From Chrysomallon squamiferum (lineage: Eukaryota > Animalia > Mollusca): 64,000 nucleotides of DNA. Positions within the stretch are counted from its first letter, which is position 1; every line of letters begins with the position of its first letter. Location: assembly GCA_012295275.1 (NCBI GenBank), contig CM022670.1, positions 21,390,001 to 21,454,000 on the forward strand, given 5' to 3'. The translations under genes and the position numbers were made by a program. Shown piece after piece: positions 12,976-24,900 of the stretch. The notes under the pieces were generated by a model. That model saw only the letters and a list, made by a program, of their open reading frames with translations. It had not been told where the DNA came from and did no database searches.

Positions 12976-15900
12976 GAAGATTGATCTCACGACCCGTAAC
13001 ATCTTCGCTGTGATTGGAAAAGTAAATAATCTACAACAAATGAGTAGTGAACGCTTGTTCTGCTTTAGGTTTATGTTACATACAATTTAAAAAAAACGCG
13101 CTCCGCCCTGAATGTTAAAATCAAGTGCCAATTTATGGCAGCAGAAGTCCGTCTATAATTAAAACTTGTATGAACATGAACAGGCCAAGTTCATTACATA
13201 CAGAGCTAATCAGGTTTTTGGATAGACGAGTTAATTCGACGGACTGGGAATTCGACGAAATGGGAATTCGACACCTTCTAAAGCATAACATTTAAATTAC
13301 TTTAATTTCTCTCTTTCTACGTTTTTATTATTATTGTTGTGTTGTTGTAGTTGTTGCTATTATTATTATTATTATTTACATTAAAACTACAAAAAAAAAA
13401 AAAAAAAAGAAATTGCATTGTCGTGGGCATTCTAGTAGAAGGTCGAGGTATGTTTAGAGGAGAATGCCTGAACAAATATATTTCTATGTGAAAAATTCAT
13501 GTTACGTTACCTACTATAAAGGGCAGAGGGTCAGTAGTGCGTCCTTCAGTACTTTCCTACGGGAATAAGATCTAAACTGTCTCCCCAACACAGCCTAGTA
13601 GATTAATGAACAGTTAGTACTACTGTTCTAACAGCTCCGAGTAATTTTTTTTCTTTCTCTTTTTAAAGTTTATTTTCATAAATTATAATTTTACATTATA
13701 TTTTTTTTCAAATAAACCACTCTGCACATTTCGCTCACATGAACTCTATCATGCGGCATAACTCAAAGGATAGAGTTTATTACCAATATATCGTAATTAT
13801 TTATTTAGTAACTTGTTTGGGGTTGCCAAAATATCACAAGTCTACTCAACTCTCTGGAAATGGCAGTAACGGAGAAATATTTCACAATATTATTAACTTG
13901 TTATTTTCTATTCAAATCCGGTTCACGAGTGAATGACTGAATTCAATTTAATTAGAAGACCTGTAGCGTATTTTCATTATACCTTGAAACTTATTTTTAA
14001 TATTGTTTTGTTCTTATTTTTTTCTTTGTTCTTTTTCATAACATTTTTGAGATATTAACTGAAGAACAAAATAAATCGAAGTTATAATAATAATAATAAA
14101 ACAATTAATTTCACTTCCTCATTTCATGGTTTTTTATTTTGGTTTTTCTTTTGTTTTGTTTTGTTTGTTTTGCTTTTTGTTGTTGTTTTTATTCTAATTT
14201 GTTGTTGTTTTTTAATTATTATACGTCAGTTTTATTAGTCTTCTTAATAAGGATTTCATGGTGTTGTCATTTTGTATGTTCTTACACACTTAATAGACAA
14301 AGTACAGAAGTCACAGAAAATACTGAAATAATTCGTGAAACTAACTTTTATTTTGGCGTGAATTTATCAAGCGCGATATCAATGACGTTAACATCTATTT
14401 CCGCAGATATTAACATGTTGCTGTATTCGTGTCCATACAACTCAGGGGACAGGGTACCAAACGCCCTATAAACTTCTGGCAAAAAAGTGGAGGAATTTTG
14501 GATAAAACAAGAACATATTGGATCTTGGTTCTTTATTTGCGTTGTACTATTCTACTGTCACATTTTACTATTAGCATACATTAATAACATCAAGCAAAAT
14601 ACACCTCGTGTCTTAGTGGAGCCTTTTTTCCTGCCACCCACAACTAATGTTTATCAAAGGCCATATTTTGAGAGCTTATCATAAAAAATCCATTTTACTG
14701 CTTTCATGTCAAGTTTGAATCCGGTTTCAACTGTTAGTGTTACACAAGCACATTTAATGCATAAATGAAAATAAACATGTTTCAAAAAGACACATATATT
14801 TTTTACTTTAATGTATACATTGATATGCTTAAAATACTTATACATTAGAAAAGAGTTGTTAAAATTAGAGCTGTAGATATACTTACATAAAATCAATATT
14901 AGTAAAATAATCATCTGAACAAAGAATAAACTGGAAAGAAAATGCCATTGTTAAACTGCTACAAACATTATAAAGCTATTATACCATAAATTGGAAACTA
15001 TTTTGCGTAATTACATATGTGCAAAGATTTATGACAACATTAATTATATTTTTTAAATTGTATCATTTAATATCGTTAATATATAAAAATAGATTTTGAT
15101 AAGAATTAAAAAATCAATTAAAGAAAGAAAACAAAAAGAAAAGGGACAAAAATTCTCCAACAATAAAAATAAAGAGCAACAAAAATACAAACCCCCTAAA
15201 AAAATCATTAAAAAAAATCGAAACAATCCCCCATCAAAATAACCACAAAGGAAAAAAAAAAAAAGCAAACAATTGTCAACAATTATTTGAGTATAAAGTG
15301 AACAGTTGTACAATTAACAGTAATTTTTCTCTATACAGCTAAAATTATAAATAATTAACCGAAATTTATGGCATGTATATTTCTGCATGTGGTTATACAC
15401 ATATTGCTGCTAAATGATAATGAATGGAGACAGCAAATCTTATTTCTCATATCAATGATTTTAAAATCGTACTGTAGACGCCTTGTAATTTTAAAATGTC
15501 TTTAATATTAAACAGGAAGAATATGAATTATAATTATCACGAGAAAAGAATGTTACAATGTGCAAACAACTATTATAATGGAGTACTTTTTTTTCTTCTT
15601 CTTAGGGAAAAATTAATAAAACAATGCTTTTAATTACGGGAAAATCCAATACTTGTGATTTTTTTTACAATACATGATTTATTTAATTATGAATATTAGT
15701 TAGCTATATGTATACAATAAGTCAATTGCAGCTGTCTTTGCCTTTCTATTAACTGAAATGGTATTGCTTTAAAAAAAGAAAGAATGATAAACAATAATAA
15801 TAAAATCTGCAAGCAGGCACCAAATCGATGAAAACATAAACCCATATCTAAGAACAATAAAATATTTAAATGAAAAGAAATAATGTTTTGACGTGAGGCT

Positions 15901-16499
15901 GATGAAAGTGGTTCCGTTTAGCTGCAAGTCACAAGACCCGTGATTGGAGCAAAGCTGCAATCCTAGTTTTAAACATCCAGAGACATATAGTGTTTTATCC
16001 TTAAACTTAATCTTAGTTTATTATTTTCTTCTGTTTTTTTCTTTTTTTTTTTTTTTTTTTATATTTGCAGTATTAGTTTGAGCAACAGCTAGCACTCATC
16101 ATAAGAGGATTTTTTCTTCGTTTTTGTTTTCTGGGTCTTTTTGTTTGGTTTGGTTTGGGATTTTTTGGTTGAGAAATAACGCAAATATGTATTTGTCAAA
16201 AGTTGCTATACTATTGACATTAAACATATCCACCTCTCCATATAAAAAGATAATAAATACATAATAAATTAATAAATATTTATATATATAAATTAATTAA
16301 ATAATTAACAAAAAAAGACCTATTTCGTGATAAAAATATATCATCCTTTCGTCCGTCATTTCGCAGTAGTTACAAAATGGGACGAAAAGTTATGTAAAAT
16401 TTACGTATTTCTAGATATGGTTTTAAATCATTTGACCCTGGCCCTGGCACTGACAGTCATTTTAACATTCTGTCAGAGAATAGCTTCTAATGTAACAAA

Positions 16500-17975
16500 A
16501 GGTTAGAGCTGGCTGTTTGTAATAAAGGGGAATATTTAAATATTACACTACTTCCTACGGCTGAAAGGGCAGTATATTTGGCGTTGTATTTCAGTGCCAC
16601 TTTGAGCCACTGTTCAACAGCAGCTATTAATTCCTGTCAGAAATATAACTTAATAACTATGGTAGTTAAAGAAAAAGTGAAAAGAAGATAAAATTGTATT
16701 TAAAAACATAGTGTTGTTACAGTACGTTTTTCTTTTCTGATAAAAATTTGTTTACTGATAAAAAATGTATTACTAAATGGAACTGCCTGTCTTGATGATT
16801 CTGCATCTGATGTGTCAGATTTCTTTACAACGCCATGGTAAACATAATCACAGCTGAGATCATAACTTTTAGTAACATAAATCTTTTTCAGTTTACTTGA
16901 TGTCGCTTGTTGAAATGACCTTTTAAAAAATAATTAAAAAATAATAATAAAAAAAAAAAAAAAATTAAAATGTTAAATAAAATTGGAAATGGTTTTTAAG
17001 GATGAATAAAAAAGCAAAGACAAAAAAGTTAAAGACCAAAAAATTATATATAAAAATAAATAAAATAAAATAATAAAATAAAATAAAATCAAAAATTAAA
17101 GAAATTCGGTAAATGGTTTTATAAACATAGTTCTCGAAAGTTAATAAATAAAGCTAAAGATAGAAATGTGTTTAACAACACAGTCAAATGTTAGTTAAAT
17201 CTAGCATAATGGGTTAAATCTGTGATGACAGGATCATTTACACGCTGTTTTACAGGCAAATATGCATAAGTATTCAAGTCAGTCGTTTATCTGGCAGTGA
17301 TAAAGAATCAAGAAAATAATAAAAATTTAGTTTGAGTTTATTAGTTATTAACAGTCAGTTTCCTTCACTTGAATATTACATTGGAAGCTGCTGTATTTCC
17401 ATAATCTGGAATCAAACTTGGTTGCATGATCAACCCTCCTCAGGGAACGTTTAAGAAATTTTCATTCCAGCCATTGATCCATCACTTGTTTATCAAAGAC
17501 TGTGGTATGCACTCTACAAAAACATCACCTGCTGCTAAATGACAAAGGAGGAAAAACAGCAGATGCCTTACTAACAGTGTGTGGTTATTTAGGTGCATCT
17601 GACTGATAAATATGTACATCAGGCTATGACGAATTCTTGATGGGGAATGGAATGACAAATTAAAAAGATTGTTCCTGTTACTGTTCGTAGATCTAGCCAA
17701 CTTTTCAACCACACAACTCTGTACTGCTGATTGGCAGATGAACAGACATACTTGGTTAAACAGAATGTGTAACTTATGTTTAGTGATATTTCCTTGTAGT
17801 ACTTGTATTGTTGTTGACACAATTTGAATAGATATGTTATCTCCACTTGCTAAGCTTTCTTCTTCGGGAAGTGTTATGAAAGTACTATTTAAAATTAAAA
17901 TAATACTCATTTTCAAATTTTCCATTTTAAACAATCTGTATTAACAAGAAAAGTAAAAATAATAAATATATGATA

Positions 17976-17980
<5 letters not shown>
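16500..17980 (-). pseudogene. Inverted, internally deleted fragment of a third macro-PARP paralogue (second macrodomain exons plus introns)
   Basis: Reverse complement matches the PARP exons EEESLASGDNISIQI..VLQGNITKH (~17775-17880), the 3682/29302-type exon (~16787-16918) and the 3982/29610-type exon (~16500-16633), plus intervening introns. The ASVLVNV exon is almost entirely deleted. Confidence 0.88.
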
Positions 17981-18006
<26 letters not shown>

Positions 18007-18463
18007 TGTAGGGTATACATAAAATAAATAAATAAAAAGTTTTAAAATTTCCTCATTAAAATATTAAACTTACTGTTTATTCGATTATAACATTAAAATA
18101 TTATCATTTTAAAACATTTGTGATTCAACATGAACATATTCCTGTTTTCCTTTAACTCAGGGTCTACTGTAATTCTTCATTCATACCTTTCCATCTTTTA
18201 TCTTTTTCTTTCTGTATCTAGTAAACTTCAATACTGACTGAAGATTGATACAAAGCTTGATGTTAATACAAATATAAACAGGTCAATTATCCCTATAGTT
18301 TTGTCTCGATCCAATCACAGTCTATTTCTTTTTTCTTTTCTTTTCTTTTTTTTTTTTAACATCGTTTTGATCACATTAAATTCTCACAGTTTGTTGTGGT
18401 TTCGAAAAAAAAAAATTTAAAGGACCTGTTTGTCATATCGTTTGTCTTAAAATGAATCGGAAA

Positions 18464-18499
<36 letters not shown>

Positions 18500-18628
18500 G
18501 GTTTCGATGGTCTAAGCTAAAGGTTAGATTTACAAAAGAAGAAGTTCGTACCTTTCCGGTATTCACGATATGTTTCGACGATCGGGTAGCCTCGGTTTCA
18601 GTATCGCAAATGTATATTTAGCTGCTCT

Positions 18629-18638
18629 GGAAATTCCC
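18629..18638 (-). promoter_or_regulatory. NF-kB consensus site GGGAATTTCC
   Basis: + strand ggaaattccc, an exact match to GGGRNYYYCC about 315 nt upstream of the PARP-B ATG. Confidence 0.55.
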
Positions 18639-18809
18639 GAAAACAATCTGAACTTTATTAAGGATAAAACAATTTCTATTCTTCTTAAACCTTATTATTA
18701 TTTTTAAATTACTACTTTATTTTTGTTTGTTTTATTCATAAATGATATTTTGTAATAATTGCTATTTATATTAATTCTGTCACAGGTGATTTCGTGACTA
18801 ATAGTTGAA

Positions 18810-18837
18810 GAAACTGAAAGTGCCAATTTCCAGGAAA
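18810..18837 (+). promoter_or_regulatory. ISRE/IRF-E (GAAACTGAAAGT) followed 5 nt later by a palindromic GAS/STAT site (TTTCCAGGAAA)
   Basis: Exact matches to GAAANNGAAA(G/C)(T/C) at 18810-18821 and TTCCNGGAA at 18828-18836. Confidence 0.62.
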
Positions 18838-18950
18838 CATTATGTAATACTACTAATACGAGGAAAAATCATATTTTGGTTATTTGCCTTTTAAGCTGTA
18901 ATGGAATGATATTTTCTTAAACAGCTTTGTCTGAAGAATTATTATACACG

Positions 18951-21900
18951 ATGGAAAATAACATAGACAAAAGAAAAGTAATAGTTAAGGTAAGAAAAAG
19001 CACCAACAGTCAATGTTATATTATTTGTACGGCATTCACGGGTTCAGAAATGTTAACAGTTATTTTCAGATTTTTTCCGGTCAGTAGATGATTCTTTATA
19101 TTATTATTATTATTACTACTACTTTTTTTCTTTTCAGAACATTTCCACCAAATGCAGTGAATCCACTTTGCAGGACTTCCTAGAAACTGTTTTTAATGCT
19201 GAAGTTGATAAAATTGAACATTACAAAAATAACAGAGAAACAGCTCTTGTGTCCTTTAGAGAAGACATTGAAGGCAAGAAGAAAAAAAATAAAATAAAAT
19301 AAAATAAAAAGACTATTTTAAGTAGAGTGTAAAACTTTTTAATGAATATTTATCTGGTGTAAGCGAAAAAATGTAGAAAGGTTTTTCATGGTTTACATAT
19401 TTTGACACTCATAGTTCAGTTCTAATAAAAAAAACGTATTGAGATATATATTTTGTCTGTATCACTGAATGTATGTTCTAAATATTTGCATATTTTAAAA
19501 GTATATATTAGTTATTATTAACTATAAAATTTTATTTATCCATCATAATAAAAAAACATGCTAATTCATATTTAGTCATTTAGTATTAATAATTTATGCA
19601 TTCTTCATAATTAATTGCTGAAATGTTAACTAATGAACAATGATTATTAATTGTGATGCATAGTTGTCACAGATCTTAAGTTATGAGTAAATCTGCATGT
19701 TCATTCATGAATTTTAATTACAATATTTAGATTTTAACAAAAGCTGTCAGAGCCCAAAGGCAAAGAAACCTCTTGAAGGGTCTGAGATGCAGTTGTTGCC
19801 TGTTCTGCCAGTGCTTGGCATCATACTAGAGAATATTCAACCTAATCTCACTAAAGATACACTGACATTCTACTTTGAAAATAAGAAAAATGGAGGAAAA
19901 TGTGATGGAGTGAAGAACTGCAGGATCTACAGCAAATTAAATCTGGCCATTGTTGAATTCGTGGACAGTGAAAGTAAGTTTGTAACAAACAAACCAATAC
20001 CTCCTATCAGTATTGTATTTACTGTCAGAATCTGTCACTTTTCAAGTGAAAATATATATATATATATATATATACTTGATATAGGCAAGTTTCATTTCTT
20101 ACATAACCATCCATCCTATTTGTAGCAAATGAATATCAAAGTTGGGCAACACTTTAATAAATATTTTTAAAATCCTTAATTTTGTCCAGCAAGTGCAGTT
20201 TATCACAATAACTAGGAAATGTCATGGAAATAAAATAAAGTATTTATATTAAATACATAATTCATCTACATAGTTTGGTCTTTCTAGAGTATGATGTTCA
20301 ACTTTCCACCCAAAAATGGGTAAATAAAGAAAGAAATGCTGCATGTTATCCACATAATATTTCAGAATTAAGGAGATTTTAAAGTGGAGGACAAAACAAA
20401 ATGAGAAAAATCCCAAAATGGATATTTGTTGCATGGGCGACTTGTCCATAATTTTCACATATAATCTAAGTTTTCTTTCCAGTTGTAAGTAAAGTCAGAC
20501 TGAAACAGACACCTGTCAAGAACTGCATTATCAAACTTGCACAAACATTAGTTGGATGAATTTGTTTGTTGAGGGGAGTGGTTGATTTTTAAAAAAAAAT
20601 ATTTTCTTGGCATGCAGCTCACAAAATCATTCCTTTATTTTCAAATAAAAGTTTGGTAGTCTGATTTAGGTTAAAAAATTGTTAAATATTTTTGGTTGAA
20701 AGACATAATGCAAAATATTTGAGAGTTATTGTATTTGTTATTTATGTTTTATTTTTCATTGTTTTATTTACTAGTTGCTTCCTCGGTGCTGCATATTAAC
20801 TCCCACACTATAGCTGGAAAATCAATTACGATAAAGCCATTCATAGAAGCATTTCACAAAGAAACTCTGGACAAACTTTCTAAAGACAAAGAACAGGCTG
20901 TTGATTCAGAAAGTTACACAAATTTACAAAGGCTTTCTCCAGTGAAAACAACAACGGTTCTCTCTGAGAAAGAAAATAATGATGATGACAGTTTTTTCTA
21001 CATCCAGTTCTCTTGACTCACAGTCTAACTCTGAATGCAATACTGGATCACCTTGGAAACTGAGTCCAAGAAGTAACAGTTCATCTCCAAAACAAGACAT
21101 AGATAAAGAATATTTTGACCACAAAAGGAATTCTGGTTATGGCATAAAGTGCAAAGCTAATGAATATCAGCATGATGAACCATGTGGAGAAGTTGCCAGA
21201 AAATCAACTCATGCTTTATCCGAAACTTCAACCTTTCAAACATCATCTTTGCAAAACACTTCAAATTATGGAATATCAAATAAAAATGAAAATGAACAGT
21301 TATCCCTACATTTCAAACCTCATCAAGTCAAACTGATACAAAAAGATTTTGCCAAAAAGAGAGGTTGTTCAATTGACTTCAATATCAAAAATGGAACTAT
21401 ATGTATATCAGGTACAGAGATGGAAATAAAGGAGGCACATGTAGAAATTTTACAAAAGAAAAATATGATTGAAGAAGGTTATTTACCACTTTCATCTGCA
21501 GTTGCAGAAATTCTGAAGACAGAAGCAGGAAAAGACTACATTAAGCAAGAGATTATTGGGACCAGACCACTAGAGTACATTGTGATAAACTCTGCATTTA
21601 GATTATCTTCTCTGGTCCCAGCTGAGGTCCAAATAACTAAGCAAAATCTTCAGAAACAAATTAAACAGGAATATCTGAACACTGGACAGCAACATTCCCA
21701 GTATTTAGCAAGTACTGCTTGGATCGAGAAAAAGAAATATCTGGAGAAGATTTATCCTCTTGCAAGAATAGTCATTCATGATAACCAACGGATGAGAATT
21801 GATGGCCTGAATGGAGATGTCTTTGCATTCAAACGAAATGTTGAGCAAGAGCTGAAAAAAAATTCAAATATCTCTGAAACTTTCAGACTGACTGGAACAA

Positions 21901-24900
21901 AGGCTAGATGTTTTCAACAGTTATATCTGAGAGACATCACAGACCTGAAAGATGTGATCAGGTAAAGTATATATATATATATATTTTACTATCACTTCAA
22001 AAATGTTAACTGTTATAACAGTTGGATAATATGAGATAATTTGTGTATGAATATCTGTTGATGTTTTGTTTTGATTTGCATAACTTGAAACTAAAATCTA
22101 TAGATTCTTTAGTAGCTCAGTTCCACTTTGTTTAATTTTTATATGTTTTTGAAGCCTTGCTTTATGTTTGAAGTCTTTGCTGTTTTGTAATAACATATCT
22201 ATCATTGTTGTTATTGATTTTTTCTATACATAGTACTAGTATTAAGTATTATTTAATTGTTTTTAATCGTTATTTGTAATTAAAGTTATTGTTGGTATTT
22301 ATTTATTTATTTTTGTTTTTTAACAGAAAAAGCAATGGAGAATATAAAGAGATAAAAGCCAGTGATGAAGCATACATTATCTCAGTTTCTGGAGAACAAA
22401 CAAAAGTCAGATATGTACTTTCAGAATTGGAAAAGCTGGCAAAACAAATCTGGCATGAGACAATAATTTTACATAAGGATGTAGCAAAACCAAAAGGTAG
22501 ATTTTTTAAAATTTGTCGTTCAAAACCTAACTAATTTTAATTATAATAACAAGTGCTTGGAAATGAGTGTTATTTGAGACTTGGTTATCTTTATGGATAA
22601 AATAGACATATTCAGTGAATTTTAACCACAATGTGAAAAACAAGCAATATATTTTCTAATGGAGATGTATACATAAATGATTGTAAAGTAATGCATATTT
22701 GATGCATACAGGCATTTTATTTATTTTTTATTCTAAATTTTTCTTAAAGATTGATATTAATTTGTTAACTAATTTGAATAATTAAACAAATATGTAAACG
22801 GTATTTTAGATTTAGAAATTTTGATTGGAGGACTTCAGAAATCTGATCTAAAGAAGTTTCAGGCTACATTTGAAGTTCAACATTCCTGTTTTCTCACAAT
22901 TCATCTTCCAAACACATCTAGTTACAAGTCAATCAGAACAACGTAAGTCTAGTTAATAACTCAGACCACCTTAACAAATATTTTAATTCTTTATTTTGCA
23001 AAAGAAAATAATAGCAGCTGATATCTCACTTTGGTTTAATATGCTGTCAATGTTTGGATTATTCACACAGAACAACAGTGAAGACCCTCAGTTTAATGGG
23101 AAACAGGAGTCTGTTGATGTTGAATCACAAATGTTTTAAAAAGATAATTTTTTAATGTTATAATAGAGTAAATATTAAATTTAATATTATAAATGAGGAA
23201 ATTTTAATTTATCCATCATTTTAGGTTCCTTAATTGAGTCTATATTTTAATTTTATTCATATTAAAATGCAACTGCTGCAGTAAGAAATAACACTGGCAA
23301 ATTTTGTTTGGTTTAAATTCTGTTCTAAAATAGCATTTATTACTATTCTTTCTTAGTCTTTTGTCTCTCTTCTTTTTACTGTGTTTCATATTTTTATTTC
23401 AATGTACAGGCCCCCTTTAGATTCTCTTCGTTCACCATCCATGCCAGTTTTTCCAAGACAGGATGAACCAGAAGTAGTTGAAATATTCCCAGAAAGACAT
23501 CGAGAACAAAAGATTTTAACATCAAAAGAGGCACCAAGTAGGTTTTTTCAGGAAAGAGAACCTCCAAGACGCATTTTAAACAACATAACTGTGTCCCAGA
23601 CAAACTGCAAAATTATGATACACACATCAGACATCACCAAGCAGAAGGTAATAGTTAACAAGTTTTCAGAAATGAGTATGTTGTAATGGTTATTAAAATA
23701 GATTGTTTCTTGTACATTACCAGAATAATGTGTTTCTAATGATAAATTAATATTTTGTTAGGAAATTATTATTACTGATATTAATTTCTATTTTTTATTT
23801 TTTTATTTATTTTGTTCTAAATTTGAAATACAAGCTGTTCTTTCAACATTTTATCATACTAAAATTCAAAGCAGATGACATTCAGTGTATTAATTTCTTT
23901 TATTTTTGAAATATCAGCACTATTAAAAAAAATAATGAAAAAAAACACAAAAAAAAACAAATTGGAAAACTTAAATATCTTTTGCACAGTGCCTGGTAAC
24001 CTTTATTCATGGTTTTCCCACTTTCAACATAGCAAAATTTGAATATTAATGTATTAAACTTAAATCATATTTATTCCATGTTAAATGTAAGTTTAAAATT
24101 TTACTATTCAGACTCTGAATGAAGATACAACACAAAGAGAATTCCTTCCTTACTGTTGATATTAGTTTCTTTTTTAGATGGACATTTTGGTCAATGTTGT
24201 AAATTCTTCACAAAATATCAACAGCACCAGAATTAGCCAAGCATTTGAAAAAAGAGGTGGTCCAGCATTTGTTCAGGTAAATCATATTTCTGCGTAACAA
24301 ACACATTTTGCATAGTAATTTTAAATAACTTATTAATGTATGTTTTTTAACCATCTGATTCTGATTAAAATAGACTAATTTTTCATGTGTTTATCCTTCT
24401 TTTATTTTTAAACCCCCATGCCCCAAAAAACCCCACCAAAATATGAATATGTATTTCACTCATAATTTTAGGGATATGAAGGTGCAAAAGCCATGTCAGT
24501 TGGAAATGTCACTGCATCATCACCTGCTGGCAATTTGAACTGTTCTCAAGTTCTCACCATAGTTTTAAATCCATGGGATCCAGCCAATCAGGATGCCTCA
24601 AAAATGGTAATGTTATTGTGATGAATGTTTCTGATTAATGAGTGCATTTTCAGGTGATTTCACATTCTTCATAATCAATAATTCAAACTGATTAGGTATA
24701 TATATATCTAAAGAAACATTGGAAAAAATATAATTATACTTATTCTTTCTTTTGTACTGTTATTAAATTGTACATATGGAAATATGAAGAAATCATGTAA
24801 ACATATTTTGTATTCTGACAAGTAATGTTCCTTTTTCTTTTAATTTCTGTAAAATCTTATTTATTAATAAAGTATAAACAACAAAAGAGTACAGTTTAAA

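Larger units (their letters stand above)
11712..13275. mobile_element. Putative non-autonomous DNA element with sub-terminal ~15-bp GTCGAATTCCCATTT-type inverted repeats
   Basis: Left ctcccatctggtcgaattcctattttgtcgaa; right ttcgacggactgggaattcgacgaaatgggaattcgac, which is the reverse complement of the same unit. Left boundary approximate. Confidence 0.55.

Noticed and set aside
14345-14490. Minus-strand peptide PEVYRAF..IDVNVIDIALDKF as a second hAT C-terminus
   Set aside because: Resemblance too weak and the ERSFS motif is absent; would need TBLASTN.
20914-21007. Small intron rescuing the PARP-B frameshift via the acceptor ttttttctacatccag
   Set aside because: It needs a phase-2 donor; the available GTs are phase 0 or 1 and non-consensus.
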